Positions 12,050-56,656 of a stretch of 64,000 nucleotides of DNA are shown here, one piece after another. Source of the DNA: Octopus bimaculoides. Lineage: Eukaryota. The DNA is taken from contig NC_068981.1 in the NCBI RefSeq assembly GCF_001194135.2, forward strand, positions 13,771,840 to 13,835,839, read 5' to 3'. The notes below the pieces were generated by a model, which saw only the letters and a list, made by a program, of their open reading frames with translations, did no database searches and was not told where the DNA came from. The position numbers and the translations under genes are program-made. The first letter of the stretch is position 1. Each line of letters opens with the position of its first letter.

Positions 12050-13290
12050 TTAGGAGATGTGTTATCCCTAGGTTTAAAGAATATGTACCTTAACACCTCA
12101 AAACTCTTACTTAGTAGTCTTGAAGAAGGCAAGATGACAATTTCTTCTATAAATGTCTCAATTCCAATACTGTTCATCCTCTTCTGCAAGAATTTGGAAG
12201 TTCTACTAGGAAGTTCTACAGGAATAATGTTTCTATTTGTGTTCCACAGTCTCTTCATCTCTCTGACTACTTTTGATACTCCTGAATAACTCAGTTTATT
12301 TGATTTCATCTCTGCTGTCTTACAGAAATAAAATCTATGATCATTAAGTTGTTTTGCTTCTGTTCTCTGATTATATATGGTCGCTTTCTTTTAAGGTTAT
12401 AAATAGCCTGAAATAGTAAATCCTATAAAATCCGTTAACTTCTACAGCCTCTTGTTCAATCTGTCTGTTACTTCAAATTCGCAGATATGGTTACCTTCCC
12501 AATACTCTCTTTTACCAAAGGAATCATGCTTGCTCTTATTCTCATATTGTGCGAGTTTAATGCTCTCGCAAACGAGTAGGCGTTAAAGCTTTCGTCTTCT
12601 TTTCTATACATTCAACATTTCCGGCTTAATGAACGGCTATAATTAACCACTCAGTTCTTTGTTCCATTGTTCACGCTCTAGGTTTGTTTCATGAATAGGC
12701 CATGCAATATCTCTGACCCTTTCTTCTTCTTTCTGATCTACTGTTTCAATAACTTCTACAGTATTTCTAGCCTCAGATAATGGCCCTTCCTCAGTCTGCA
12801 AAACATAATGTAGATTTTCAAACCTCAAAGAAGATATCTTCGGCCTTCAACAAATCTCTGATTCCTTTCGTTCTTGGTAAATAGATTTTGTCAATATTAC
12901 TTTCAGGTTTTTTCTGTATTACGCATCCGGAGCTACTTCGTATTCTTTCATACAATTCCTGTAACTGTAACTTCTTATTTCTTAAAAAATGGCGCAGAGA
13001 GTTTTTATGCTGACATGACTCCGGCATTGATTACCTTGATGATATTACACCAACTTTATTTCATTTCAAGAACTTTCCTATGATTTGTTGTCGTTGCATA
13101 ATTTTCTTTTCATTTCTTTTCCCATTAACCTTTCAGTATGCAGTACCTCTAGGCACTTGTACCGTTCTTTTCCATTTATCTAATAATATCATCTTGTGGT
13201 ATGGTTATCCATACAAATGTAGAATCTTGACCTTTCTTCATATCAAATATTGTACATTTCTTCCTCTAAATTACTGACTACTTTGCTACT
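12050..13290 (-). mobile_element. R4/Dong/NeSL-like RLE-encoding non-LTR retrotransposon, heavily decayed 3' part
   Basis: NIDKIYLPRTKG resembles DVDRLYLPRKEGGRG; KLAQYENKSKHDSFGKREYWE resembles KLAQ.EYK.RHD.V...HW; C-terminus YSGVSKVVREMKRLWNTN..IIPV. Confidence 0.7.
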
Positions 13291-14641
13291 AATTATTCTT
13301 ACTGTTTGAACAAGAGAATCCGATTCGTTCCCATTTCGGCGTTTATAATCATCCATATAATACAAATGTTTATTTTCTCCTTTATTGTAGCAAGCTCATC
13401 TACAGATTTAAATTTTCAGTATACTTTTGAAAGGGATCGACACAAATGTATAATATAAAGCCTTGTGCCTATAACAGAAAGGATTGCTATTGTAACAAGT
13501 ATCATCTTAGTTGTTGGTAACGTTGCTTATTATACAAGGGAGGATCGTGAGCAGTTAGTCGTCAGAAATATTTTGCAGTATGTAATTCCACCACTTTAAA
13601 CGCTGTATCTTTAAAAAAACAAAAAAAACAAAACAAAAACAAGAGCGTATAGTGACACATTAATTCGTTAAAATAACAGTAATGTTGAGCGGTGATTTTC
13701 ATTTAATGTACTCACTCTCCAGATAGTATAACGATGTTAAATATTAGAAATTTATAATTTTCCGTTAATCGATTTTTACAGAAAGTAGCATTACAATATT
13801 TAAACAGATTTCAACATTTGGAAAATTGTTTAATTAACTTACTTGTCTGTAAACATTATTAGAAAGGTGTAAACAAACGAAGACAACAAAAATTTTCGTT
13901 ATCAAAATGTTTTATTGTGTATAAACTCAACAGATCAGTAACGTGCTCAAAATATACAAGTGACATTTGTTGTAGATGCACTCACCTTTCACATTTTATA
14001 TATATATATATATATATATNNNNNNNNNNNNNNNNNNNNNNNNNNNNNNNNNNNNNNNNNNNNNNNNNNNNNNNNNNNNNNNNNNNNNNNNNNNNNNNNN
14101 NNNNNNNNNNNNNNNNNNNNATATATATAGATGTGTGTGTAAGTATATATTTATGTATTACATGTTATCCAATCAGTTTTTCCCAGTACAAATAAGTTAC
14201 AATAGATTTGATAGACCAATCAATAAATCGAAGATACCGTGTTTCACGCACGCCGTTCAATATTTGACATGATCTTTCAGCGGAGATATCAGTGTGAGGG
14301 CCGGAACAATATCCATTGAAAACTATAGCGCTCATTAGCAAGAACAAAAAAAGAAAAAAAAAACGTTTACAGAAATAAGATAAAAATGGAAATATAGGAT
14401 TTTAATAAATTAAAACGAAAGTTTCTGATCAGACTTATTAGGGTAAGACGATAATGTAAAATCATACATTTGCCAAAAACAAAAAAAATATAAAATAAAA
14501 TAAAATAATAATAAAAACCGGAAAATCAGCGCGTTAGTAACATCCATCGTTCTCACCTTCTGTCACATGATCAATATCACCATGATTATCACCATCACCG
14601 TCAGCAATTGTATTTCGAAATATAATTACAATTGTATTTCC

Positions 14642-14716
<75 letters not shown>

Positions 14717-14727
14717 CATTATTATTA

Positions 14728-14776
<49 letters not shown>

Positions 14777-14777
14777 C
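14642..14777. repeat. (ATT)n microsatellite
   Basis: Direct inspection. Confidence 0.98.
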
Positions 14778-15675
14778 GTAACATCAACAACGATGTAATG
14801 CCGACACAGAAAATAGTAAGAATATTTATTACGGCTAGGATATTTTAAACAGTTGTAGCAATAACAATAACAAGAACAACAAATAATAATGGTAAATGAA
14901 TAATAACAATAACAAATAATAATAAACAAATGATTAACAATACTAACTTTTTATAAAAAACCGCGTCAAACAAATGACTGGTAATGCAGCATTAACGTTA
15001 AGATATTACAATATTAGCGAAGAATCAAGAATGTTCATAGCAAAAATAATGTGATACACATATACGAATAACCATGTGCTTATATAAGCCTAAGTATCAT
15101 AGATAGTGACATATTAGAGGTTCGTGTTGTTCTTTCAAGTTTGCTCTTGCTCTGAAACCAAACTGCAAAGGTTATAAGTTTTCCGATGATAATATAGCTA
15201 GCGTCTAGATCGAAGACACAATCATTCATTCGTGCGAAAGCATTTATCACTGAACAAACCATAAACATTATCTTGAATCAATGCATCAAAACAGGTAAAT
15301 TGAAAGATATATATATATATATATATCATATGTATATATATATATATANNNNNNNNNNNNNNNNNNNNNNNNNNNNNNNNNNNNNNNNNNNNNNNNNNNN
15401 NNNNNNNNNNNNNNNNNNNNNNNNNNNNNNNNNNNNNNNNNNNNNNNNNNNNNNNNNNNNNNNNNNNNNNNNNNNNNNNNNNNNNNNNNNNNNNGTGTAA
15501 TCTCCATGTCCTTTTATGTAGTATGTTTAGATTTCTTTAAACTCGGCCGAAATTGATTGTCAGTATATAACGGGAAGACTTCATATAGGTTATTCCATCT
15601 GATTATTTGAAATGGTAAGTGACAATTTTATATCGCATGCACGTTTTTGTTTAAATCTAATCTCATCGATCCATG

Positions 15676-15706
<31 letters not shown>

Positions 15707-17504
15707 CATGGATGTATATGCATGCATAATATTTCCCAACTATACCTGTTTTCATATTCCATTCTGAAAAGCAAATAGGTGTAAATATGCGTTTTCACTT
15801 GGAATTGTGATTTTGATTTTTGTATTCTTTCCTAAATCAGACCAGATGTTTGATACTCAAAGGCACGTTTCAAAATGTAATTTGCAGCAAGAAAATCATT
15901 CCTGTTTACAAACCACTCTGTTCCTTCTTTCATTCATCTGCCTGATATCACATAACAGGTGCCTGAAAGAATATTTACGGTACAACGAGCTTTCAATCAT
16001 TTCACCAAGATCAGAGAGCGCATAAGTTGCTTGGCGATTTACCTCCATTTGCAACTAACTAGCTAAAAAAAAAAAAGGGAAAATTTTCGAAAAAAAATGT
16101 CCTTAAACTAATCTTTCCGACTAATTGAATTGTTGCGTATTGACTAAAGCGAAATCTGTAACATAAGTGAAATGATAATCGCATCAAGAACGTACCGCAA
16201 GGTTGAAACAAATGATTCTGCAAGAATGGGTTCCCTTTAGCATCAGTTGCTATGGCAAAGACATTTTAGAAAAGCCTCCGTTTGCAAACTTACTGATAAG
16301 GAAACTACTCTGATGAAGAAATAAACTACAAAATATATTTAAACCTTTTTGCAATTTATATATTTGGAAAAGGATGACTCTTAAATTCAACCACACTCAC
16401 CTTCATATTCAAACAATAGTGTTCATAGAGGAGCACCGACATGAATATTATACATATTTGCTTGAATATAGGTATATGCAAATGGTGTATAGTGCAAGTA
16501 GATGAGATTGGTGAATACTTAATTCAACTGGAAGATTTGCAAATTTTCGGCTTGAATAGGACATGAAGCTATATTTCTCAAAGTGAACAGTTCGATTTAA
16601 TATTGAAATATATGTATCCCGAATGTGTAAATACTGACGTTTAAATTGTTGTTTAAAGTATTTATAGATAATGCATGGCAGAAAATAATGAAGATTACAT
16701 ATACCCTCTTTTTTCTTTTCAATATTATGATGAAAACATAAAATAACTTTTAGATTCGGCGTTACTAAACGTTTTCCAATACAGTTCAATAAAATCATTT
16801 TCCTGGTAAAAGTTTACAGACTATATGTAGCAGAAGAACAAGAATAACAAGAATACACTGCGCAAACTGAAGGAAATACATCGTAGCGCTGAAGCTATTG
16901 ATAACACTAAATATAAATAATTGTACTTAAGGTGCTATTATTATATTTATTGGCCTGCATTGATACGAAATCATTTTCAAATTATAAAATATGTTTGCAG
17001 TTATTTACCAGCATGGATATTTCAACTGATAATAAAATTTCCTGAACGCGGCGTATTGGCGTTAGCTTGAAATATCTACACTCAAACACATATATATGTA
17101 TATGTGCGTAGTATAAGATGTATATATCTATAACCTGCAAACAGATTTCAAAATTACTATCTATGTACCGTAACAATAAGTTATCGGAGATGTGATGTGA
17201 ATGGAAAGAAAAACACTTCGAAAGAATAATAACAAAGACGGTATAGAAAAATATTAGAATTACTATAAACGCAGAGCAATAAGCATCTTAGTAAGTAACG
17301 TATACAGAGTTTACTACTAAATATTTGGTTGTAGAAGCTTTCTTTTGTGTGCATTCATGTTGTTTTACCATGATTCGAAAAGAATATTTTACAGCACCTG
17401 CTGTTTTCCGAAAATGAAAGAAAGGATATTTGCATCAATAAATATTTAAGTGTTAGTTTTATTTAGACATGAAACCGATTCTTTGATGTTTCCCAACGAA
17501 AACT

Positions 17505-17558
<54 letters not shown>

Positions 17559-18619
17559 NNNNNNNNNNNNNNNNNNNNNNNNNNNNNNNNNNNNNNNNNN
17601 NNNNNNNNNNNNNNNNNNNNNNNNNNNNNNNNNNNNNNNNNNNNNNNNNNNNNNNNNNNNNNNNNNNNNNNNNNNNNNNNNNNNNNNNNNNNNNNNNNNN
17701 NNNNNNNNNNNNNNNNNNNNNNNNNNNNNNNNNNNNNNNNNNNNNNNNNNNNNNNNNNNNNNNNNNNNNNNNNNNNNNNNNNNNNNNNNNNNNNNNNNNN
17801 NNNNNNNNNNNNNNNNNNNNNNNNNNNNNNNNNNNNNNNNNNNNNNNNNNNNNNNNNNNNNNNNNNNNNNNNNNNNNNNNNNNNNNNNNNNNNNNNNNNN
17901 NNNNNNNNNNNNNNNNNNNNNNNNNNNNNNNNNNNNNNNNNNNNNNNNNNNNNNNNNNNNNNNNNNNNNNNNNNNNNNNNNNNNNNNNNNNNNNNNNNNT
18001 ATATTATACCCATATATATATAGATGAATATATCGTTTGTATAACGTGCACTGCATGCAAAAATAATTCTTTCTTTCTCTAATTCATAAGCAGTCTTACT
18101 ACAGTGGAGATGTATTACTTGAATACATATTACTCGAAAGTGTAATTGTTAAAGGACATTCACTTCCATTCTACTTGTGACAAATACCTCTAATATTATA
18201 GCGTGCAATTTTCTTCGTACAAAACAATCTATAAAATTTTAATCACCGAAGGACAATATAGGTTTAACACATGATAGGAATTAATTTTTTCCAGGGAAAT
18301 GACTGTCGGTTATCAAGAAACCATCTACGATGCATTGATTCATGTGACAAACCAATGTTTTAACTAACGACTGAATTTTCTGCAAAACATACATTTAAAA
18401 GTGCATTGTGAGAGCATCTCTCCAGAAAATTTGCACTTGTATTTCATCAGACTTGTGCACTCACACTTACATATCCAAATACACGCAGTCACATATTTCT
18501 TTTATTCTCATCACAATCGCAACAAGCCGAAGAATTTATATAAAATATTATTTCCACATTTCTTTACTGTAAATTCTTGATTCAATAGTGCGATATTAAT
18601 CGATTTAATTAACATCTGC

Positions 18620-18620
<1 letters not shown>

Positions 18621-18697
<77 letters not shown>
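18621..18697. repeat. (AAT)n microsatellite
   Basis: Direct inspection. Confidence 0.98.
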
Positions 18698-18705
<8 letters not shown>

Positions 18706-19977
18706 AAATAAATATTGAAATGTTATCTGAAGAGTAGGAATGATAATAATGCAATTAAAGTAATTTCGTTCCTGGAAAGAGAATAGATAATTAAACGAGT
18801 ATCAAACCACGCAAATGAGCGAGAAAACAATATCTGCGCCATTGTGATGTTCGGAAAAAATACATTTTGGCCACTCTCCACTTATGTCCCGCCAAACTCT
18901 CATTAGGAACACACACACACATCTAAAACACATTTCATATATGCATATGTATGTGTACGTAGCCCATTATACATGAATATATATATATATGTATATATAT
19001 ATATACATATGTATGCATGCATATATTCATATATATATATATATATATAATCATATATGCACCTATATATGCATATATATGTGCATATACGTCTATATAT
19101 ATATATATATACACATACATATACACATATATATGCAAATACTTGTGTATATACACATATACTTATATATATATATTGATATTACATATACGTATATATA
19201 TTTATATATATATGTATANNNNNNNNNNNNNNNNNNNNNNNNNNNNNNNNNNNNNNNNNNNNNNNNNNNNNNNNNNNNNNNNNNNNNNNNNNNNNNNNNN
19301 NNNNNNNNNNNNNNNNNNNNNNNNNNNNNNNNNNNNNNNNNNNNNNNNNNNNNNNNNNNNNNNNNNNNNNNNNNNNNNNNNNNNNNNNNNNNNNNNNNNN
19401 NNNNNTATATATATATATATGCAAATTCGATAATACGTTATAAAATGGATGTACATAGAGACATATATACATATGAAATATATGTACATGAATGTATCAG
19501 TAATTATATATGCAATAAAAATTATAGGAACATTATACACACTGCAACAAGCTGGGACATATGTTGAGCTTAAACACAATCGCGTTATCCAAAAAAAAAA
19601 AAAACTAGAAAGGAATAGCAAAAACATTCATCTGCATCAAATAGTTTAGACTATGGAGAAAAACAATGGAAAACTAAACATTCATAAATTAGTGTATAAT
19701 GAAACAATAATAATATTCATTTGCAAACAAGAACATCTATCTTTCAAACAATTAACACTATGTTTTCCTTTTGTCTTCACAATTAAATATCGTTGGTTCA
19801 TCAAAGAATTATCCTCATAAAAGAAAAAAAAATACCTATGGCAATATTTGCCATGTAACCGTTGAGGATTTCTCACACACTCATATATGTGAAAGCATCA
19901 ATACACGAATCGACATCGCACAAAAAAAAACTGATCTTCAAGTCTTCATTCAGCATGTATATATATATATAAATATG

Positions 19978-20045
<68 letters not shown>

Positions 20046-20956
20046 CATATATATATATATACAAGTCGTAAAAGTTTGGTAGAAACAGTGTTATTGAATA
20101 ATATCCCAGAATTTGATACCTTCATCCATTGACTGTATCGTATGTTGAGTCTTTATAATATTTGATCACCACTTTCGTTACCAACATCTTCAACGATATT
20201 ATCAGAATGATGACAGTTCTTTTCTTTGTTTATTTTCTTTATATATTATTTTAATTGCCACTTATTTCTCTCTTAAGTTTGCAAAGCAACCATCCATATT
20301 TGCATATTTTTCACCGTTTACAATGTCTATGAAGGATGATGTTGCCAGCATAGTTTATGTGTAAAAGTTTCATAACAACCAGAACAAAGATAATAGAAAA
20401 ATGCATGAAAAGTCAGTAAAAGAGTTTTAAGTGACAATTTCCAACAATATTTTACTGGATTTGATAATCCGGCATAGTTCAGTGATATTGTTTATTTTTA
20501 TGAAAAGATCGAGTTTATGAAATTTCTTCTTGGATCTTACCTCAAAGAGGTTTGTATATCTTGACAATGAAAATCCTTCGTATATCAGTAGTACCTCGTT
20601 GATCCATGCTATGGCATCTGTACAGTCGGGTTTTGAATATAATGTCAGTTTTTATTAATAAAATTGTCAAGCAGTTACACCAGTCATTCAGCCGAAACCT
20701 TCCATTCCGTCTCGGTCTCTCTCATCCTCTCTTCGATAACAAATTTTCTGCACTTTATAAAAATGACAATAAGTGAAAACACAAATGCGATATATTTTTC
20801 CATTCTCTAATGTACTTCGTTTTCGATGTGAAATGGATTGGAATTGTAGTTTCAATTTCATGTTCGTATCTTGATTATATATAGTATTTTTGTCACTCAT
20901 TTCAATTACGATTGTAAATTCTAACGCCTAAGCCATTTTATAAACGAACGTAACAG

Positions 20957-20997
<41 letters not shown>

Positions 20998-23900
20998 TAT
21001 TTCTAGTAAGTAATCATATCAAGAAAGATTATATTAATATTGTCTGATTTATGACTAAAGCACCTCATTTTGCACTTTTCCGCAATTATGGTATCAAAAG
21101 TGTGCCAACCTCTGCAAATATTTTTTATTGAAAATGTATGAAATCAAGATCCAACTGTTATAAAAAGAAGGTGATAAAGGTATTTCTGCTATAGAACCCT
21201 ATATTTTCAAATTGAATATACTATATTAATTTACATTCATATTTATGAAGGAGTTTATAAAATGAAATTTATATTGTTAGATCGATATATTTTGAATATC
21301 TACAGTAGTCGACATATACGTATACACCCGTCTACATACACATAGTTTGATTGTGGAATGTGTCAGTTTTTAGAAATATTAGCTATCTCTCTAAGCATCG
21401 ACTTAACCATTTAATAAACTAGCTACAAATAAATATATATTACACGATAGAACCTCATTACATATCCTATATTGAAATAAACCTTACAAATGTGAACAAA
21501 AGTAACATATTGTTGAACTAGGAAAGATTTTTTTTTTACTTAGATAATAATTTTAGAAAATTGTTTCTCTATCGATTTCATAGGAATCGTGAAGTCTTCT
21601 ATAAAGTACTTCAATATGTAAAGCATGCTTAGCAGGTGTTAAAAAGTATTTGATTTCAAATCAGAACCTCATTGATACGGGAATTGCAGAACTGTTTCTA
21701 GGTTTGGAGGCGTTCAATCCCTTTACATAGTCACTGAGGAAGCGACGATACTTTTGGATGAAAGAGAAAACTTCAAAGGGATCATATGTCTACCTATCCA
21801 TTTATCAGTCTATCTCCATCTGTACACACATACAAACTATNNNNNNNNNNTATATAAACACACACACACATATTTTCTTTTACACCGTAAAATAAAGACT
21901 GTTCAGAAAGCAGCTTCTGCCATAGTATTCGCGCACGTGATGTAATCCTTACATTTAACTTAAAATGTAATTTCAAGAGCGTCTCAAATATCACTAAACA
22001 ATCACAATAAGATTATTGAGACAGTGTTAATGAGAAAGTTAAAATTTCATTCAAGCTAATAATTATCTAAATTATTTTATTGCTGTTAAACTAATAACGA
22101 AACAAAATATATTTTCTTGCTAAATTAAACCGGTTATTTAATGTGAAATAAAAAGTTCACATATGCATAAATAATAAGATAAAAAGCAGAACCATACAGA
22201 CGTTATAGATGCGCTTGATCATAATTAAATGCCTGATGATGCCACGAATCGCATGTTTTCAACACTTGAATTTAGGACCGTCAAAAAACACGCGTTTTGA
22301 AACATCAACAATGTAAAACATAAATGGAGAGGAAGCGATGTTTACAAAACACTAAACCACATTGCACGTGTATGCTGAATTAAGACAGGTGTGTGACACT
22401 ATTTCGTCTTTACACCGCGTAATTATTAACGTATTTTACAGTACTAATCCGATTCACTTGAAAGTTAGCATATTTGTACATTTGATTTAGTGTTGGTTCA
22501 TAAGCTAGATTCGAAATATGATCGTAACTTATTTTCTTCCTTAAAAAAAAAAAGTCATTGGATAGAAGAAACATATTACTGGCAAATGTTCGCCTCTGTC
22601 CATTTGAAGTTCTTCCTTCCTTTACAAAACGTAGCTGTAGACTATAAAGAGAGAACGCAACAGCAAATGAAGAAACAGTTTGTATACTCAACCGACCCCT
22701 AAGGAGATGATTATTTATTATATAACATTTCGATGGATTTTATCTATAACTGATTTTATAAGTGTATGCTTGTTATTTCAACGTAATAATTTACGATCAA
22801 ATACTTTTCATAGCATATTAAAAGCAACTGCTCACACTTTATTTTCATAGAAATCAAAGAATAATGTAATGATTGATTTAATGAATTTCTTCTTTCGATA
22901 ATGGTATTTTAAAACTTAAGAATTAATACAGATATAAAGGAGATTTCGAACATATTCTTTGCTTTTTGTCAAATTCGCGGCAAACATATAATTTACGAAT
23001 TATGGAATTATTTAAATACCGAACCATTGAATACCGGTTTTGAGAATGATTCCGAAATTTATATATATATATATATATATNNNNNNNNNNNNNNNNNNNN
23101 NNNNNNNNNNNNNNNNNNNNNNNNNNNNNNNNNNNNNNNNNNNNNNNNNNNNNNNNNNNNNNNNNNNNNNNNNNNNNNNNNNNNNNNNNNNNNNNNNNNN
23201 NNNNNNNNNNNNNNNNNNNNNNNNNNNNNNNNNNNNNNNNNNNNNNNNNNNNNNNNNNNNNNNNTATATATATACACTTCAAGTAATTATTACTATTATA
23301 GATCTAGCTAAATAGGTGTTTGGTTGAATTCAATCGTTGAGAGTTTTACTTGTAGCTTATGATAAATATTTTACAAAACTGTACCTGTAATTTGGGAATA
23401 TTCTGATTTCCCTGAAAAAATTACCTTAAAATTTCAAATCAACGTGACGTAGTTTATAGATTGCTTATGAATCAGTTAACATTAGTATATATTTAATTAC
23501 TGTTGTCATAAAATGTATGATAAATAATGATAATTTCCATGATTTATATGTAGCATTTGTATCAGTTTCATTAATTTCAATATGTTACAATTTTGTAATT
23601 TGTGAGATGAGTTTGAACATATTAGCCTCTAGAATATTGATGTAGGTTATCAATGTGGCCAACAATAACAGATAGTAAGACGAAATAATAAGAAAATGAG
23701 ACGTTGCAATGGCAAACATTGAAAGAGCCATGCATTTCATGAGCAACAACACAGAAGACGTTGAGTGCAACGAGACTTTCTTGTTAATTAGATATATTTA
23801 AGGAACCAAATGAAACTAATAATTCACAATGATTATCACAAAGTTGTTGATAATGATTTAAGAGAAACTTAAACGATAAAAGTAAACCGAAGTTTATAAA

Positions 23901-24219
23901 CAATATATTTAGTCCTCTGAATAAGACAGCAGTATATAGTCAGAATTAATCAGAGTTGTACACCTTGTATATATGGTTAATTTAGCAGTAGTATATGCAG
24001 AGCATGAACACTGCTCATATATAATATAACATTAATATATATATATACATATACATAAATATACACGCATATATGAATGTGTGTGTATATATAGTATACT
24101 TATTGATATATTTATGAATACGTAATAATGTGTATATTGACAATATACATACACAAACTAATATATATATATATATATATATATGGATATATATCTATAT
24201 ATATATAGATACATATATA

Positions 24220-24254
<35 letters not shown>

Positions 24255-26687
24255 NNNNNNNNNNNNNNNNNNNNNNNNNNNNNNNNNNNNNNNNNNNNNN
24301 NNNNNNNNNNNNNNNNNNNNNNNNNNNNNNNNNNNNNNNNNNNNNNNNNNNNNNNNNNNNNNNNNNNNNNNNNNNNNNNNNNNNNNNNNNNNNNNNNNNN
24401 NNNNNNNNNNNNNNNNNNNNNNNNNNNNNNNNNNNNNNNNNNNNNNNNNNNNNNNNNNNNNNNNNNNNNNNNNNNNNNNNNNNNNNNNNNNNNNNNNNNN
24501 NNNNNNNNNNNNNNNNNNNNNNNNNNNNNNNNNNNNNNNNNNNNNNNNNNNNNNNNNNNNNNNNNNNNNNNNNNNNNNNNNNNNNNNNNNNNNNNNNNNN
24601 NNNNNNNNNNNNNNNNNNNNNNNNNNNNNNNNNNNNNNNNNNNNNNNNNNNNNNNNNNNNNNTATGTAAAATGTATGCGTGTGCGTATGTCTGTATGACG
24701 ATTTTCTTAATGTACATGGTAATAAATGAGTATGTTCCTGATCGTGGCAAGATCACAAGGCTCGAGGAATGATTAATTAATTGAATAGAATCGCATGTCC
24801 TTTCCCACATCAAATGATGATTGAAATATAATTTCAGTATCTAAGGGAATTTTTTTTGAATTTTATTTTATCATCGCCATTCGTATCTGATTACTTTTTG
24901 ACAAAGATCCATATTTATTTTAAAGACAGATCAAAGTTGGCTTTCGTCGACCAAAATGTTTCATCTTAGCATGGTTAAAAATGTACAAAACAGTAGACCA
25001 ATGTGTTATTTTACTTAAGCAATTACACTGAATTTTCACATGAAGATTTTTACGTTTACAAACATAAAGGCTTTAATTTGCCTGGTATATGGACAAACAT
25101 GAATCTGATATTAAATGAACTATTCTCATGAAACATTAAAGCAAGCATTCCATTAATGGAAACTATTTTCATGATATCAACTGTAACGCTAATAATGGCT
25201 ATTCTTCTATCAACAAATATCCATAATATGATTTGCCTTGTACTAAATAGTTTTCAGCGCATTCAGTACGATGTTTCTTTCACAGTTACGCACGTAATTT
25301 TCGCTATTATATAATATTGTTTACTACCAAAGAAAGAATCTCGCTGTCATGACACAGAAAGAGTAACTTTAGTTTATTTAGATGTAAACAACTAAGTTTT
25401 GTCGACGAAGAACTTTTTAGATTTGTGAGGATCCAATACTCAGATTTAAATATTCGACAAGTATTATGTTCCTCATTCTAATATAGTTCCTTCATGAGCA
25501 AAATATTTCTAGTAAATTAATTATATTGTGTGTGTTTAAACAATAGTTTCGCTTCTGTATATATTTACATCCACCCATCTACCTATGTAGGCGTTACATT
25601 AGATACCTGTATCATGATACAATTGCAATTAGAAATGTGTGACTCACAAATTATGTATATGTGCGCGGTATATATATCGATATATATATATATANNNNNN
25701 NNNNNNNNNNNNNNNNNNNNNNNNNNNNNNNNNNNNNNNNNNNNNNNNNNNNNNNNNNNNNNNNNNNNNNNNNNNNNNNNNNNNNNNNNNNNNNNNNNNN
25801 NNNNNNNNNNNNNNNNNNNNNNNNNNNNNNNNNNNNNNNNNNNNNNNNNNNNNNNNNNNNNNNNNNNNNNNNNNNNNNNNNNNNNNNNNNNNNNNNNNNN
25901 NNNNNNNNNNNNNNNNNNNNNNNNNNNNNNNNNNNNNNNNNNNNNNNNNNNNNNNNNNNNNNNNNNNNNNNNNNNNNNNNNNNNNNNNNNNNNNNNNNNN
26001 NNNNNNNNNNNNNNNNNNNNNNNNNNNNNNNNNNNNNNNNNNNNNNNNNNNNNNNNNNNNNNNNNNNNNNNNNNNNNNNNNNNNNNNNNNNNNNNNNNNN
26101 NNNNNNNNNNNNNNNNNNNNNNNNNNNNNNNNNNNNNNNNNNNNNNNNNNNNNNNNNNNNNNNNNNNNNNNNNNNNNNNNNNNNNNNNNNNNNNNNNNNN
26201 NNNNNNNNNNNNNNNNNNNNNNNNNNNNNNNNNNNNNNNNNNNNNNNNNNNNNNNNNNNNNNNNNNNNNNNNNNNNNNNNNNNNNNNNNNNNNNNNNNNN
26301 NNNNNNNNNNNNNNNNNNNNNNNNNNNNNNNNNNNNNNNNNNNNNNNNNNNNNNNNNNNNNNNNNNNNNNNNNNNNNNNNNNNNNNNNNNNNNNNNNNNN
26401 NNNNNNNNNNNNNNNNNNNNNNNNNNNNNNNNNNNNNNNNNNNNNNNNNNNNNNNNNNNNNNNNNNNNNNNNNNNNNNNNNNNNNNNNNNNNNNNNNNNN
26501 NNNNNNNNNNNNNNNNNNNNNACATATATATATAATATCCGAAACAATGGTTCAATTGGCAGTTTAGTTTTTGGTTTATATTTTTTGTCGGATTCACACA
26601 TCAGAGGGGTGGACAGTGGCCTGTCTACTGTCGCGTTTATGTCTCATAGCCTTCGGTTGTGTCTCTGCACAACACTCCTAGCTGCTG

Positions 26688-55757
<29,070 letters not shown>

Positions 55758-56129
55758 TCAAAGTAAATAAAAACAATGTTTTTAGTATTAATATATAAGA
55801 ACGTTGTTAAATATCTTGGCCACATGCGGTAAAATTTTCAGTGATTAACCATTAAGAATAACGAATTTATTACAAGCCTTTATTGTTATTAGTATTATTA
55901 TTCATTGATACTAACGTTTTAGAGACGGAAATAATGATCTGGAGAAGAAATTTAACCGATAATACTCATAAAAAAACCTTCAGCAAATGTTTCAGTTTAA
56001 TAAAGCGGGAAGAACGAAAACAAAATGTTCTAAAATTATATCATAAAATATTTGTAATTTAGAAAACGCATAAAATACACATTTTCAAAAAAATTAATAT
56101 GGCCTTTTAAAAATGTTTTCTTTTAATTA

Positions 56130-56279
56130 GACGCAGGTATGGCTGTGCGGAAAGATATTTGCTTCCCAACCATGTGGTCCCGAGTTCAGTCACACTGCAA
56201 GTCTACTCTAACCTTGGGCCCACCAAAGCATTGTGAGTGGATTTGGTGGATGGATATTGAAAGAAACCCGTGTGTGCAC

Positions 56280-56317
<38 letters not shown>

Positions 56318-56452
56318 TATTGCATGACAACCGATAGAATAAATGCCTGGCTTAAGGAAAAAATAAAAATTAAGGTCAATTTGTTCGAATAAAATTCATT
56401 AAGAATGTGCTCCAGAATGGCAGCACTCCAATGACTGAAACAAGTAAAAGAG
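56130..56452 (+). mobile_element. SINE family 3
   Basis: Head GACGCAGGTATGGCTGTGCGG, tail GACTGAAACAAGTAAAAGAG. Confidence 0.8.
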
Positions 56453-56616
56453 AATCAATAATACAGTTTTTCTATGTTAACACAAAACAGTAGTTCCAAT
56501 ATATTCTGCATTGAGGGCATAGTTTTATGGTTTCGTGTTCAATTCCACTCTGTGGAACCGTGAGTAAATATGTTCTACTTTATCCGCGAATTAACCAGAA
56601 AATTATGAGGATACTC

Positions 56617-56656
<40 letters not shown>

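Noticed and set aside
20541-20617. 77-nt exon-like segment on the minus strand beyond the receptor stop
   Set aside because: Unrecognisable peptide, poor pyrimidine tract and no partner exon.
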